The notes: a model not told the origin generated them from the sequence alone. Positions 26,351 through 40,125 are shown, counted from the stretch's first letter. The stretch: DNA of 64,000 nucleotides from Eledone cirrhosa (GCA_964016885.1 OZ024741.1:73966001-74030000), one strand, 5' to 3'. Numbers and translations are program-made.

Positions 26351-26840
26351 CGCCACCCTCCTTCAAAAACGAAGGAGAGGCGGTTTTCCTTTGTGTGATA
26401 GCTATGGCGAAAGAGGTTGTATGGTGGACAAGGTTGAAAGGGCTGAGGTCAGACACCTTTCTCTCCGGCCAACAACTGATTCTTTTTTTCAAATACCACT
26501 TTGGAAGAAGAATCAGGATGGAGAGAGAGGTGCTGTACCCCAGCAAGTTTTATGAAAGGTGGGTGAAAGTGGCGAGAATGGCCCGAGTGAATGGGCCTTC
26601 TCTCTATATCAGCCTGTAGGTTGAGGAAAAGGAGGAGGAGAGGAAGGGAGTACAAACTCTCCGTACTCCTAGAGATGAGGGTTGCACATTTTTTTTCGGG
26701 GGCATGTGTTACCCATATAAACTGTCTCCCTCTATTGGGGAAAACCGACTAACTTTTTAAATTCCATCTGTGATAACATTTTACACGTTTTTATTGTATG
26801 TAAACTTCCCCCTTTGTATTTGTCCCCTTCTTTTGTGCCC
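26351..26840 (+). mobile_element. 5'-truncated 3' fragment of a second Tx1 subfamily, inserted in the tail of copy 1
   Basis: Same C-terminal peptide (..KVARMARVNGPSLYISL*) but a different 3'UTR; starts directly after (TATC)n. Confidence 0.88.
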
Positions 26841-26977
26841 CTGTGGCTAATAAAGAAATATATCTATATATATATATATCTATATATATATATCTATATA
26901 TATATCTATATAAATATATATATCTATATATATATATATCTATATATATATCTATATAAATATATATATCTATATAA

Positions 26978-28685
26978 AAAATTTATTCAATTTGATATCA
27001 ACTCTTACTACACCTCTATTTCCCCTATCCTACTAAATAAGGCACTTATAATGGCCATGGACAATAGTGACTTGACTAGACCCCAGATTGATGTCATACT
27101 TGCGGCCCGTAAAACAATAATCACCTTTGAAGACCAATTATGGACCCGCAAGGATACGCAAAACAACTTCGACATTACTATGGGGTCTAGTGACTCGGTG
27201 CAGGTCACTGATTTAGTTGGCCTATACTTACTTAACCAAATCCACAGGGAACTTCCGTACCTCAGCGGTGGTTTGTATCGCGACGATGCACTTCTACTTA
27301 TAGACTATAAAAAATTCAATATAGAAAGGACTAGAAAACTATTGCACAAAACATTCAAAAACTTTAACCTTAGTATTACCATGGACAAAAACACCAAAAA
27401 CGTCAACTTCCTAGACGCCACACTCTACCTAGACTCAATGATATATGCACCTTTCCACAAACCTAATGAAAAACTCATCTACGTAGATACCAAGTCTAAC
27501 CACCCTAAATCTATATTGAACTCTATCTCTAAGGGAGTATCTAATAGAATCTCTAATCTATCCTATGACATAAACACATTTAACAATAACTCGCAGTATT
27601 ATAATCAGGCATTAGCTAGATCAGGCCATAATACAGGGATAGAGTTCCTACCTACAAAAACACATAGCCACAACATCATTTCACACATGTCCATGGGAAA
27701 ATTTAATAATAGGAATAGCAACTGCACACACACTAATAGGGATTGTAACAACAAAAATAACCCACACCACAGAAATGACCATAGGAACATTAAAGGAAAC
27801 AAATCACCAGACATAAAAAACAGAAATAGAAGAAGAAATAATACATTTTTCAACCCTCCTTTCAATTTAAACGTCTCTACCAACCTTCCTAGGGCTTTCT
27901 TCTCACTACTAGATAAACACTTCCCATCCGGCCACAGGTACCACGGCCTTTTAAACAAAAACACTATTAAGATCTCATACTCTACTACGCCTAACTTAGC
28001 ATACCACATAGCTAGTACAAATAAAAGAAAAATTAATTCTTACTTCCAACAAACTAAATCGCAACGGTCGATAAACCTTCAAAATAACAGTCAAAGTAAC
28101 ATTATAACAAATAACCGTAATATCAATGGAAATAATAGTAATAGCACTAGTGTAAACATTAACGCTGCGTACCACAACCCACATAACCATAACCCTATAG
28201 CTAACATCCAAACTTCTACACAGCATAGTAACCGGCAGACTAGCACCCAGAGTAATTGTAACTGTAGATCAAGTAGAACCTGCCCTTTAGATAAAAAATG
28301 CTTAACCAAGGATATCATATACTCATGTACAGTCACAACTAACAGCTCTTCTGAAACCTATATAGGCTCCACTTCTAACTGCTTCAAAACTAGATACAAT
28401 TCGCACCTCCACTCTTTCAAAAAACACAGTCTAGCCAACTCCACTTCACTATCTAGCTACATACACTATCTAAAAACTAAAAATAAAATATATACACTTA
28501 AATGGGAAGTGGTAGGTAGTGCAACATCGTACAAACCACCTAATAAATTTTGTAACCTCTATCTACTAGAGACCCATACTATCATCTTCTCTAAACATAA
28601 TCTCCTTAATAAAAAATCAGAAGTGTTCGCAACTTGCCAACACCGCTTCCGACACTCGTTCCAAAACTTTAAACCCTATATATAA
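26978..28685 (+). CDS. PLE RT + GIY-YIG endonuclease (5'-truncated; the IY-repeat N-terminus of ORF 26814 is a microsatellite artefact)
   Basis: FIQFDINSYY, FDITMGSSDS, GLYRDDAL, FFNPPF, CNCRSSRTCPLDKKCL, IIYSC..YIGST, FKTRYNSH, LNKKSE. Confidence 0.85.
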
Positions 28686-30603
28686 TAATGTCAGACTGGA
28701 ACCGGCACCACCCCTAGCAATTAACATCAGTAGCACACCTTACACCTCACATCCACACCCATCTCTATACTCTAAAGATAATACTGACAGCATTTTAGTA
28801 CCACCTACCCTGGGAATACCCCCTTGTACCTCTAATTCTGATATCTCGACCGTGGACTACTTATTCTGCATTGCACATATATAAGATTAGTATAAACTGG
28901 GGACACGGTACTGGTTGCTATAACATAGTCCTGTGCATGGATTCCCACCAAGAGATAGATTGATGACTAGATAGATAATCGTATTGTTATGTGAATATAT
29001 ACTGTAAACGATCAGTTCAATGAATTATGCACAGGAGATGCATGAGTTAGGAGCCTCTGTGTTGCCTGGTGACCTGACCGGCACCTTTTGACGAGAAAAC
29101 CGGCCACCGGACCACCCTGGTGAACTTACCGGGGATGCAGTCATACTACGACCTGAATCTCGCCGGGAGTCATATATGATAATAAGACCATTACTAATAG
29201 TGAGACCCATGTAGTTAATTATGTAGTCTGACTCTTCTTATGGATTGGCCGGGTGTGGCACCCCATGTTGGATTGTAGTCATCATGATACAAACTCCTTT
29301 AGTACTTGTTACTGGACTCCACTCTAACTTGTAGATGGGATACCTGATCTATATGTGGGATGTGGGTTTATGTATTGCTTGGTGGCCAGACAGGTGCCCT
29401 TGTATGAGAGATTTAACCTCCAGATTGTAATCATCTTGATGTGAACTCCTTTAGTACCTATTAATAGACTCCACTCTAGCTTGTAGATGTGATACTTAAT
29501 TGATTTATATATGAGACGGGGGTTGTCTATTGCTTGATGACCAGACTAGTGCCTTTATATGAGAAATTGGATCTCCGGACCATACCGAAGAATTACCGGA
29601 GATTCAGACATGCAATGACCCGGAGCCTACCGGGTGGCATATATAATAGTGGGACCATACCAGGTCCTACTGTTATATTACATTTGCATGGAACAGTGAC
29701 TTGAGAGTCTGACTCCTCTTATAGAACGTTCAGATATGACACCCCTTAATGGATGGTAATCATCCTAATATATACACCCTTGTACTTCTTAATGGACAAC
29801 TCTCTAACCTATAAATGGGTAGCATACTCTAGAAATTAGTTATAACTTCATATGATAGGCACGTATTTGAATCACCATTAATGTAGTTTAGGATATAGTA
29901 ATTTAACTAAGATAACTAGCTAGTTACCTCCCCTTACGCATTAATTCCCCTTAGGCATTCAGACACTTCCGGAATCTGGACAGCATGATCTATTAAGAAC
30001 CGACTGGATACGGTTCATAGCTTGATTATATGCTGAACCATCGTGAATTATACGATACACACGTGTTCTCTATATATATTGCGTCTCGTGGATTATGTGA
30101 GTGGTGGTGTGAGCGAAAACAGTGGTACGGCTTTGCCTACGATACAATAAGGTTTATAGTATGTTGAAAGTTTTTGATATTTTGGTGTTTCCCTGCATCC
30201 GAGACTGTATATCATACAGATGTATGAGAATAAATGACTTAATAATTCAGCCCACATAATAAGATCGATTGCCTGCTTCAACTGCCTGACCCTGCAAATA
30301 TCATTCTGACGCACTCTAATCATGTATAAATAAGACACGCGTGCATGCGACACGTGAGATTGTTTCATACACTGACTACTCTAAACTTTCCTCTTGCTTT
30401 ATCTTCATAGACTGCCAACGCTTCATGTTTATCTTTATTTTCATTCTTGCTTTTATTTTATTTTTATTCTGTAACCTTTATATGTAAATTACCATGCTAT
30501 ATCATTTGATGAATGTCACCCCACTGTTGATCAATATGCACATATGTTTTATGTGTCTCTTGGGTTGAAAAGGAGGTCAAGTATGTTATAGATCAGTAAA
30601 TAG

Positions 30604-30652
30604 TTGCTCCGAAAAATCCAAACCTCGGTTTGGAGGAAACAATTGTAAGCAA
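30604..30652 (+). ncRNA. Degenerate minimal type I hammerhead ribozyme in the PLE 3' end
   Basis: ttgct-CCGAAAA-a-tccaaacc-tc-ggtttgga-g-GAAAC-aatt-GTA-agcaa; stems intact, core deviates from CUGANGA. Confidence 0.65.
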
Positions 30653-30687
30653 ATAAATGACTTAAACTGAACTTTGATTATTGTAAT

Positions 30688-31710
30688 CTCTATATATCTA
30701 TATATATATATCTATATATATATCTCTATATATCTATATATATATCTATATATATATCTATATATATATATATCTATATATCTATATATATATCTATATA
30801 TATATATATCTATATATCTATATATATATCTATATATATATCTATATATATATATCTATATATATATATATATATATATATCTATATATATATCTATATA
30901 TATATATCTATATATATATCTATATATATATATCTATATATATATCTATATATATATATCTATATATATATCTATATATATATATCTATATATATATCTA
31001 TATATATATATCTATATATATATCTATATATATATATCTATATATATATCTATATATATATATCTATATATATCTATATATATATCTATATATATATCTA
31101 TATATATATCTATATATATCTATATATATATCTATATATATATATATATATATATCTATATATATATCTATATATATATCTATATATCTATATATATATC
31201 TATATCTATATCTATATATCTATATATATATATCTATATATATATATCTATATATATATATTTATTTATCTATATATATATATTTATTTATCTATATATA
31301 TATATTTATTTATCTATATATATATATTTATTTATCTATATATATATATTTATTTATCTATATATATATATTTATTTATCTATATATATATATTTATTTA
31401 TCTATATATATATATTTATTTATCTATATATATATATTTATTTATCTATATATATATATTTATTTATCTATATATATATATTTATTTATCTATATATATA
31501 TATTTATTTATCTATATATATATATTTATTTATCTATATATATATTTATTTATCTATATATATATATATTTATCTATATATATATATATTTATCTATATA
31601 TATATATATATATCTATATATATATATATATATATATCTATATATATATATATATATATATCTATATATATATATATATATATATATCTATATATATATA
31701 TATATATATC

Positions 31711-31743
<33 letters not shown>

Positions 31744-32046
31744 TTATCTATATATATATATATTTATCTATATATATATATATTTATCTATATATATATA
31801 TATTTATCTATATATATATATATTTATCTATATATATATATATATTTATCTATATATATATATATATTTATCTATATATATATATATATTTATCTATATA
31901 TATATATATATTTATCTATATATATATATATTTATCTATATATATATATATTTATCTATATATATATATATTTATCTCTATATATATATATTTATCTCTA
32001 TATATATATATTTATCTCTATATATATATATTTATCTATATATATA
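30688..32046. repeat. (TA)n tract with periodic TATC and TTTATC interruptions
   Basis: Visible. Confidence 0.98.
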
Positions 32047-32630
32047 TCATCATCATCATCATCAGGTTTAGCGTCCGTGTTCCACGCTTGCATGGGTTTG
32101 GACGGGGGTTTTCCCACTTGAGGCAAGAGTGGTTGTCTTGCTCGCATAGGACTGTCTGGCGGGTTTTCTACAGTTGGATGCCCTTCCTAACACCAACCAC
32201 ATTTACAGTGTGGGGCTGGGAGGTTTTTACCGTGTTGCCTACACGGCCACATTACAGCGTGGACTGTCTGGCGGGTTTTCTACAGCTGGATGCCCTTCCT
32301 AACACCAACCACATTTACAGTGTGGGGCTGGGAGGTTTTTACCGTGTTGCCTACACGGCCACATTTACAGCGTGGACTGTGTGTTTTTTGTCGTGACACC
32401 TACACGATCTCATTTGTTTCGGCCTGGATGTTGTGGGACCAACATAACTTTACATTGAAAGGGGCGGTGTGGGTGGGGTGGAGGGTGGTGGGACGGGGGT
32501 GTGTTTTGATAGAGATACCTACTGACTGTAGTAGGTTTTTACTTTGTATTTAGGTAAAGCGGGTCTTCTCTATTACTGAGTACCGCCAAAGGTCTCGGTC
32601 CAGTGACATTGTCTTGGAGAGGTGTAAGCG
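32047..32630 (-). mobile_element. Short 5'-truncated RTE 3' end with a ~112-bp tandem duplication in the 3'UTR
   Basis: (GAT)n tail; 32149-32260 repeated at 32261-32373; matches the 3' end of neighbouring RTE copies. Confidence 0.88.
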
Positions 32631-32961
32631 TATTTATCTATATATATATATATTTATCTATATATATATATATTTATCTATATATATATATATATTTATC
32701 TATATAGATATATATTTATCTATATATATATATATATTTATCTATATATATATATATATTTATCTATATATATATATATATTTATCTATATATATATATA
32801 TTTATCTATATATATATATATATTTATCTATATATATATATATATTTATCTATATATATATATATATTTATCTATATATATATATATATATTTATCTATA
32901 TATATATATATATATTTATCTATATATATATATTTATCTATATATATATATATATTTATCT

Positions 32962-35551
32962 AAATTTCAAAGCATATTACTTGATGCTTTCGACAGTAAG
33001 GAAGAGCATCTAGAATCGGACAATATAGAGGGACAGTGGAAATTTCTGAAAGCTAACCTGCTGTTGGCGACAGACGAAGTCTGTGGCTGGAGCAGGCCTG
33101 TAGGCAGGAGGAGAGTAACATGGTGGTGGAACAGTAAGGTGGAGGGGTCAATTAAGGCCAAAAAGCAGGCTTGGAAAGTATGGCGGGATGGGGGAAGTAG
33201 AGTAGACTATCAAGTGGCCAGGAGGGAAGCTAGGAGAGAAGTGTACTTAGCAAGAAGGGAAGCTGAGGAAAGAAAGTTCAAGCATGTTCTACAACGCGAT
33301 GACCAAAAACGTGAGGTGTTCAGGATTGCCAGGCAATGCGTCAAGGAAAACCGTGATATTGTCGGGGAGAAGTGTGTACTTAACGATGATGGCATACTTG
33401 CCATCACCGACACTGATAAGAAGGTAGCTTGGAAGTGTCACTATGAAAGGCTACTAAATGAGGAGAATAAATGGGAGAAAGACAGTCTCCCCCATATCGA
33501 CCCGATAGAGGGACCAGCAGTGTTAGTCGAGGGGAGTATAATAAGTAAGGCAATCAAGGATATGAAGACGGGTAAGGCGGCTGGGCCTTCGGAAATAGTT
33601 GCTGAGATGCTGAAGGCATCTGGCACGGTGGGACACACCATGGTCACCCGCATAGTTAACCAAGTCGTACAGAATGGGGTTGTTCCGAAGGACTGGCATA
33701 GCAGCATCATCGTTAACTGTTATAAGGGTAAAGGAGACGCCCTAGATAGGAGTAACTATAGAGGCATTAAATTAATCGACCAGGTCATGAAGGTCACGGA
33801 AAAAGTAATAGCGCAACTAATCAGAGAGAGAATTGATCTAGATGAAATGCAGTTCGGGTTTGTGTCAGGCAAAAGCACCACAGACGCTCTTTTCATAGTA
33901 CGACAACTACAGGAGAAGTACCTAGCTAAAGGTAAACCCCTCTACTTAGCTTTTGTCGACCTGGAGAAAGCCTTCGACAGAGTCCCCCGCTCCATTATCT
34001 GGTGGGCTCTTAGAAAACTAGGCGTTGACGAATGGCTTGTGAGGGCTATACAAGCCATGTATAAAGAAACAGTCAGCAAGGTTAGAATTAACAACGAATA
34101 TAGTGAAGAGTTTAGCGTAAAAGTTGGCGTCCATCAGGGCTCTGTTCTCAGCCCCCTACTATTTATTATTGCCCTTCAGGCTATAACAGAGGAGTTCAAG
34201 ACAGGCTGCCCATGGGAACTCCTATACGCAGACGACCTGACACTCATAGCGGAATCAATGGCCGAGCTAGAGAAGAAATTCCAAACATGGAAGCACGGCC
34301 TAGAGTCAAAAGGACTTAAAATTAACCTGGCTAAGACCAAAGTTCTAGTTTGTAGGAAAGAAAACAAGGCGGCGGTCCCTTCTGGGAAATGGTCGTGCTC
34401 GGTATGTAGGAAAGGCGTAGGTAGAAACTCCATCTTATGTCCTAAATGCAAAGTATGGGTGCATAAAAGATGTAGTGGGATCACAGGTAAGCTAACTAAG
34501 AACATAGACTTTACATGTGGCCGGTGTTCTGGTGCAATAAGTAGCAGCAAGTGCCCACAAAATACTAGCTCTTTCAATTGCGCAGAGGGTTTTATAGAAA
34601 TAGTGGACAGCTTCCGTTACCTGGGCGATAAAATCAGCAGTGGGGGAGGGTGCTCTGAAAGTACTGTAGCTAGAGTCAGAACTGGTTGGAAAAAGTTCAG
34701 AGAGCTTATACCACTATTAGCTGCTAAAGGGTTCTCCCTAAAAATGAAAGGCAGGTTGTACGATGCCTGCATACGAACAGCAATGTTGCATGGTAGTGAG
34801 ACCTGGGCATTGTGTGCAGAGGATATACGCAGACTAGAGAGGAACGAAGCTTGCATGCTCCGCTGGATGTGTAACAGTAATATACGTGAACGGCAAAGCA
34901 TAAACGAACTAAGGAAAATATTAGAGATAAGAGGGATCAGATGTTGTTTACTCGAGAGAAGGCTGCGTTGGTATGGACACGTGATGCGCATGAAAGTCGA
35001 TAGCTGTATTACAAAGTGCAGGGCAATAAAGATAGACGGTAGCCACGGAATAGGCAGACCTAGAAAAACATGGGACGAGCTGATAAACTCCGACCTCACA
35101 CACTTACACCTCTCCAAGACAATGTCACTGGACCGTGACCTTTGGCGGTACTCAGTAACAGAGAAGACCCGCCTTGCCAGTAGGCATCTCTAACAAAATA
35201 CACCCCTCCCGCCGCCACCCCCACCCCATCCACACCACCCCGTTCTATGTAAAGTTATGTTGGTGCCGCGCCATCCAGGCCGAAACAAATGAGATCGTGT
35301 AGGTGTCACGACAAAAAAACACACAGTCCACGCTGTAATGTGGCCGTGTAGGCAACACGGTAAAAACCTCCCAGACCCACACTGTAAATGTGGTTGGTGT
35401 TAGGAAGGGCATCCAACTGTAGAAAACCTGCCAGACAGTCCTATGCGAGCAAGACAAATCACTCTTGCCTCAAGTGGGACTACCCCCGTCCAAACCCATG
35501 CAAGCGTGGAACACGGACGTTAAACGTTGATGATGATGATGATGATGATGA
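32962..35551 (+). mobile_element. Young RTE LINE, 5'-truncated, RT ORF open to 35193, PHD-type finger inside RT, (GAT)n tail
   Basis: [48 protein letters not shown]. Confidence 0.93.
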
Positions 35552-35572
35552 TATACTATATATATATATATA

Positions 35573-35641
<69 letters not shown>

Positions 35642-35681
35642 TATGTATATACTATATATATATATATATATACTATATATA

Positions 35682-35717
<36 letters not shown>

Positions 35718-35934
35718 TATATATATATATATATATACTATATATATATATATATATATATATACTATATATATATATATATATATATACTATATATATA
35801 CTATATATATATATATATACTATATATATATATATATATATATATACTATATATATACTATATATATATATATATACTATATATATACTATATATATATA
35901 TATATACTATATATATATATATATATATGTGTAC

Positions 35935-35959
<25 letters not shown>

Positions 35960-35966
<7 letters not shown>

Positions 35967-37704
35967 ATTGACCTAGATGAAATGCAGTTCGGGTTTGTGT
36001 CAGGCAAAAGTACCACAGACGCTCTTTTCATAGTACGACAACTACAAGAGAAGTACCTAGCTAAAGGTAAACCCCTCTACTTAGCTTTTGTCGACTTGGA
36101 GAAAGCCTTCGACAGAGTCCCCCGCTCCATTATCTGGTGGGCTCTTAGAAAACTAGGCGTTGACGAATGGCTTGTGAGGGCTATACAAGCCATGTATAAA
36201 GAAACAGTCAGCAAGGTTAGAATTAACAACGAATATAGTGAAGAGTTTAGCGTAAAAGTCGGCGTCCATCAGGGCTCTGTTCTCAGTCCACTACTATTTA
36301 TTATTGCCCTTCAGGCCATAACAGAGGAGTTCAAGACAGGCTGCCCATGGGAACTCCTATACGCAGACGACCTGACACTCATAGCGGAATCAATGGCCGA
36401 GCTAGAGAAGAAATTCCAAACATGGAAGCACGGCCTAGAGTCAAAAGGACTTAAAATTAACCTGGCTAAGACCAAAGTACTAGTTTGTAGGAAAGAAAAC
36501 AAGGCGGCGGTCCCTTCTGGGAAATGGTCGTGCTCGGTGTGTAGGAAAGGCGTAGGTAGAAACTCCATTTTATGTCCTAAATGCAAAGTATGGGTGCATA
36601 AAAGATGTAGTGGGATCACAGGTAGGCTAACTAAGAACATAGATTTTACATGTGGCCGGTGCTCTGGTGCAATAAGTAGCAGCAAGTGCCCACAAACTAC
36701 TAGCTCTTTCAATTGCGCAGAGGGTTCTATAGAAATAGTGGACAGCTTCCGTTACCTGGGCGATAAAATCAGCAGTGGGGGAGGGTGCTCTGAAAGTACT
36801 GTAGCTAGAGTCAGAACTGGTTGGAAAAAGTTCAGAGAGCTTATACCACTATTAGCTGCTAAAGGGTTCTCACTAAAAATGAAAGGCAGGTTGTACGATG
36901 CCTGCATACGAACAGCAATGCTGCATGGCAGTGAGACCTGGGCATTGTGTGCAGAGGATATACGCAGACTAGAGAGGAACGAAGCTTGCATGCTCCGCTG
37001 GATGTGTAACAGTAATATACGTGAACGGCAAAGCATAAACGAACTAAGGAATAAATTAGAGATAAGAGGGATCAGATGTTGTTTACTCGAGAGAAGGCTA
37101 CGTTGGTATGGACACGTGATGCGCATGAAAGTCGATAGCTGTATAACAAAGTGCAGGGCAATAAAGATAGACGGTAGTCACGGAATAGGCAGACCTAGAA
37201 AAACCTGGGACGAGCTGATAAACTCCGACATCACACACTTACACCTCTCCAAGACAATGTCACTGGACCGAGACCTTTGGCGGTACTCAGTAACAGAGAA
37301 GACCCGCCTTACCTAAATATATAGTAAAACCTACTCCAGCCAGTAGGCATCTCTAACAAATACACCCCGTCCCACCACCCCCACCCGATCCACACCACCC
37401 CGTTCTATGTAAAGTTATGTTGGTGCCGCGCCATCGAGGCCGAAACAAATGAGATCGTGTAGGTGTCACGACAAAAAAACACACAGTCCACGCTGTAATG
37501 TGGCCGTGTAGGCAACACGGTAAAAACCTCCCAGACCCACACTGTAAATGTGGTTGGTGTTAGGAAGGGCATCCAACTGTAGAAAACCTGCCAGACAGTC
37601 CTATGCGAGCAAGACAATCACTCTTGCCTCAAGTGGGACTACCCCCGTCCAAACCCATGCAAGCGTGGAACACGGACGTTAAACGCTGATGATGATGATG
37701 ATGA
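35960..37704 (+). mobile_element. Young RTE LINE, 5'-truncated (ORF to 37316)
   Basis: Near-identical to the previous copy; starts abruptly after a TA tract; (GAT)n tail. Confidence 0.93.
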
Positions 37705-37747
37705 TATATATATTTATCTATATATATATATATATTTATCTATATAT

Positions 37748-40125
37748 ATCATCATCATCATCATCATCAACGTTTAACGTCCGTGTTCCACGCTTGCATG
37801 GGTTTGGACGGGGGTAGTCCCACTTGAGGCAAGAGTGATTGTCTTGCTCACATAGGACTGTCTGGCAGGTTTTCTACAGTTGGATGCCCTTCCTAACACC
37901 AACCACATTTACAGTGTGGGTCTGGGAGGTTTTTACCGTGTTGCCTACACGGCCACATTACAGCGTGGACTGTGTGTTTTTTTGTCGTGACACCTACACG
38001 ATCTCATTTGTTTCGGCCTGGATGGCGCGGCACCAACATAACTTTACATAGAACGGGGTGGTGTGGATGGGGTGGGGGTGGTGGCGGGACGGGGTGTATT
38101 TTGTTAGAGATGCCTACTGGCAAGGCGGGTCTTCTCTGTTACTGAGTACCGCCAAAGGTCACGGTCCAGTGACATTGTCTTGGAGAGGTGTAAGTGTGTG
38201 AGGTCGGAGTTTATCAGCTCATCCCATGTTTTTCTAGATCTGCCTATTCCGTGGCTACCGTCTATCTTTATTGCCCTGCACTTTGTAATACAGCTATCGA
38301 CTTTCATGCGCATCACGTGTCCATACCAACGCAGCCTTCTCTCGAGTAAACAACATCTGATCCCTCTTATCTCTAATTTTTTCCTTAGTTCGTTTATGCT
38401 TTGCCGTTCACGTATATTACTGTTACACATCCAGCGGAGCATGCAAGCTTCGTTCCTCTCTAGTCTGCGTATATCCTCTGCACACAATGCCCAGGTCTCA
38501 CTACCATGCAACATTGCTGTTCGTATGCAGGCATCGTACAACCTGCCTTTCATTTTTAGGGAGAACCCTTTAGCAGCTAATAGTGGTATAAGCTCTCTGA
38601 ACTTTTTCCAACCAGTTCTGACTCTAGCTACAGTACTTTCAGAGCACCCTCCCCCACTGCTGATTTTATCGCCCAGGTAACGGAAGCTGTCCACTATTTC
38701 TATAGAACCCTCTGCGCAATTGAAAGAGCTAGTATTTTGTGGGCACTTGCTGCTACTTATTGCACCAGAACACCGGCCACATGTAAAGTCTATGTTCTTA
38801 GTTAGCTTACCTGTGATCCCACTACATCTTTTATGCACCCATACTTTGCAGTTAGGACATAAGATGGAGTTTCTACCTACGCCTTTCCTACATACCGAGC
38901 ACGACCATTTCCCAGAAGGGACCGCCGCCTTGTTTTCTTTCCTACAAACTAGAACTTTGGTCTTAGCCAGGTTAATTTTAAGTCCTTTTGACTCTAGGCC
39001 GTGCTTCCATGTTTGGAATTTCTTCTCTAGCTCGGCCATTGATTCCGCTATGAGTGTCAGGTCGTCTGCGTATAGGAGTTCCCATGGGCCGCCTGTCTTG
39101 AACTCCTCTGTTATAGCCTGAAGGGCAATAATAAATAGTAGGGGGCTGAGAACAGAGCCCTGATGGACGCCAACTTTTACGCTAAACTCTTCACTATATT
39201 CGTTGTTAATTCTAACCTTGCTGACTGTTTCTTTATACATGGCTTGTATAGCCCTCACAAGCCATTCGTCAACGCCTAGTTTTCTAAGAGCCCACCAGAT
39301 AATGGAGCGGGGGACTCTGTCGAAGGCTTTCTCCAGGTCGACAAAAGCTAAGTAGAGGGGTTTACTTTTAGCTAGGTACTTCTCCTGTAGTTGTCGTACT
39401 ATGAAAAGAGCGTCTGTGGTGCTTTTGCCTGACACAAACCCGAACTGCATTTCATCTAGATCAATTCTCTCTCTGATTAGTTGCGCTATTACTTTTTCCG
39501 TGACCTTCATGACCTGGTCGATTAATTTAATGCCTCTATAGTTACTCCTATCTAGGGCGTCTCCTTTACCCTTATAACAGTTAACGATGATGCTGCTATG
39601 CCAGTCCTTCGGAACAACCCCATTCTGTACGACTTGGTTAACTATGCGGGTGACCATGGTGTGTCCCACCGTGCCAGATGCCTTCAGCATCTCAGCAACT
39701 ATTTCCGAAGGCCCAGCCGCCTTACCAGTCTTCATATCCTTGATTGCCTTACTTATTATACTCCCCTCGACTAACACTGCTGGTCCCTCTATCGGGTCGA
39801 TAAGGGGGAGACTGTCTTTCTCCCATTTATTCTCCTCATTTAGTAGCCTTTCATAGTGACACTTCCAAGCTACCTTCTTATCAGTGTCGGTGATGGCAAG
39901 TATGCCATCATCGTTAAGTACACACTTCTCCCCGACAATATCACGGTTTTCCTTGACGCATTGCCTGGCAATCCTGAACACCTCACGTTTTTGGTCATCG
40001 CGTTGTAGAACATGCTTGAACTTTCTTTCCTCAGCTTCCCTTCTTGCTAAGTACACTTCTCTCCTAGCTTCCCTCCTGGCCACTTGATAGTCTACTCTAC
40101 TTCCCCCATCCCGCCATACTTTCCA
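37748..40125 (-). mobile_element. Young RTE LINE, 5'-truncated (ORF 40083-38104)
   Basis: 659-aa uninterrupted RT ORF; tail-to-tail with the previous copy. Confidence 0.93.

Larger units (their letters stand above)
26978..30690 (+). mobile_element. 5'-truncated Naiad-type Penelope-like element with ~2 kb 3' region
   Basis: RT + GIY-YIG ORF ending at 28685, hammerhead-like motif near the 3' end, TA tracts on both sides. Confidence 0.88.

Noticed and set aside
34176-35117. Antisense ORFs conserved across RTE and Tx1 copies
   Set aside because: Copies are near-identical, so conservation is trivial; these are shadow ORFs with no recognisable motifs
35528-37703. TGATGA/CTGATGA at RTE 3' ends as hammerhead cores
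   Set aside because: Part of the (GAT)n tail; no GAAA or stems
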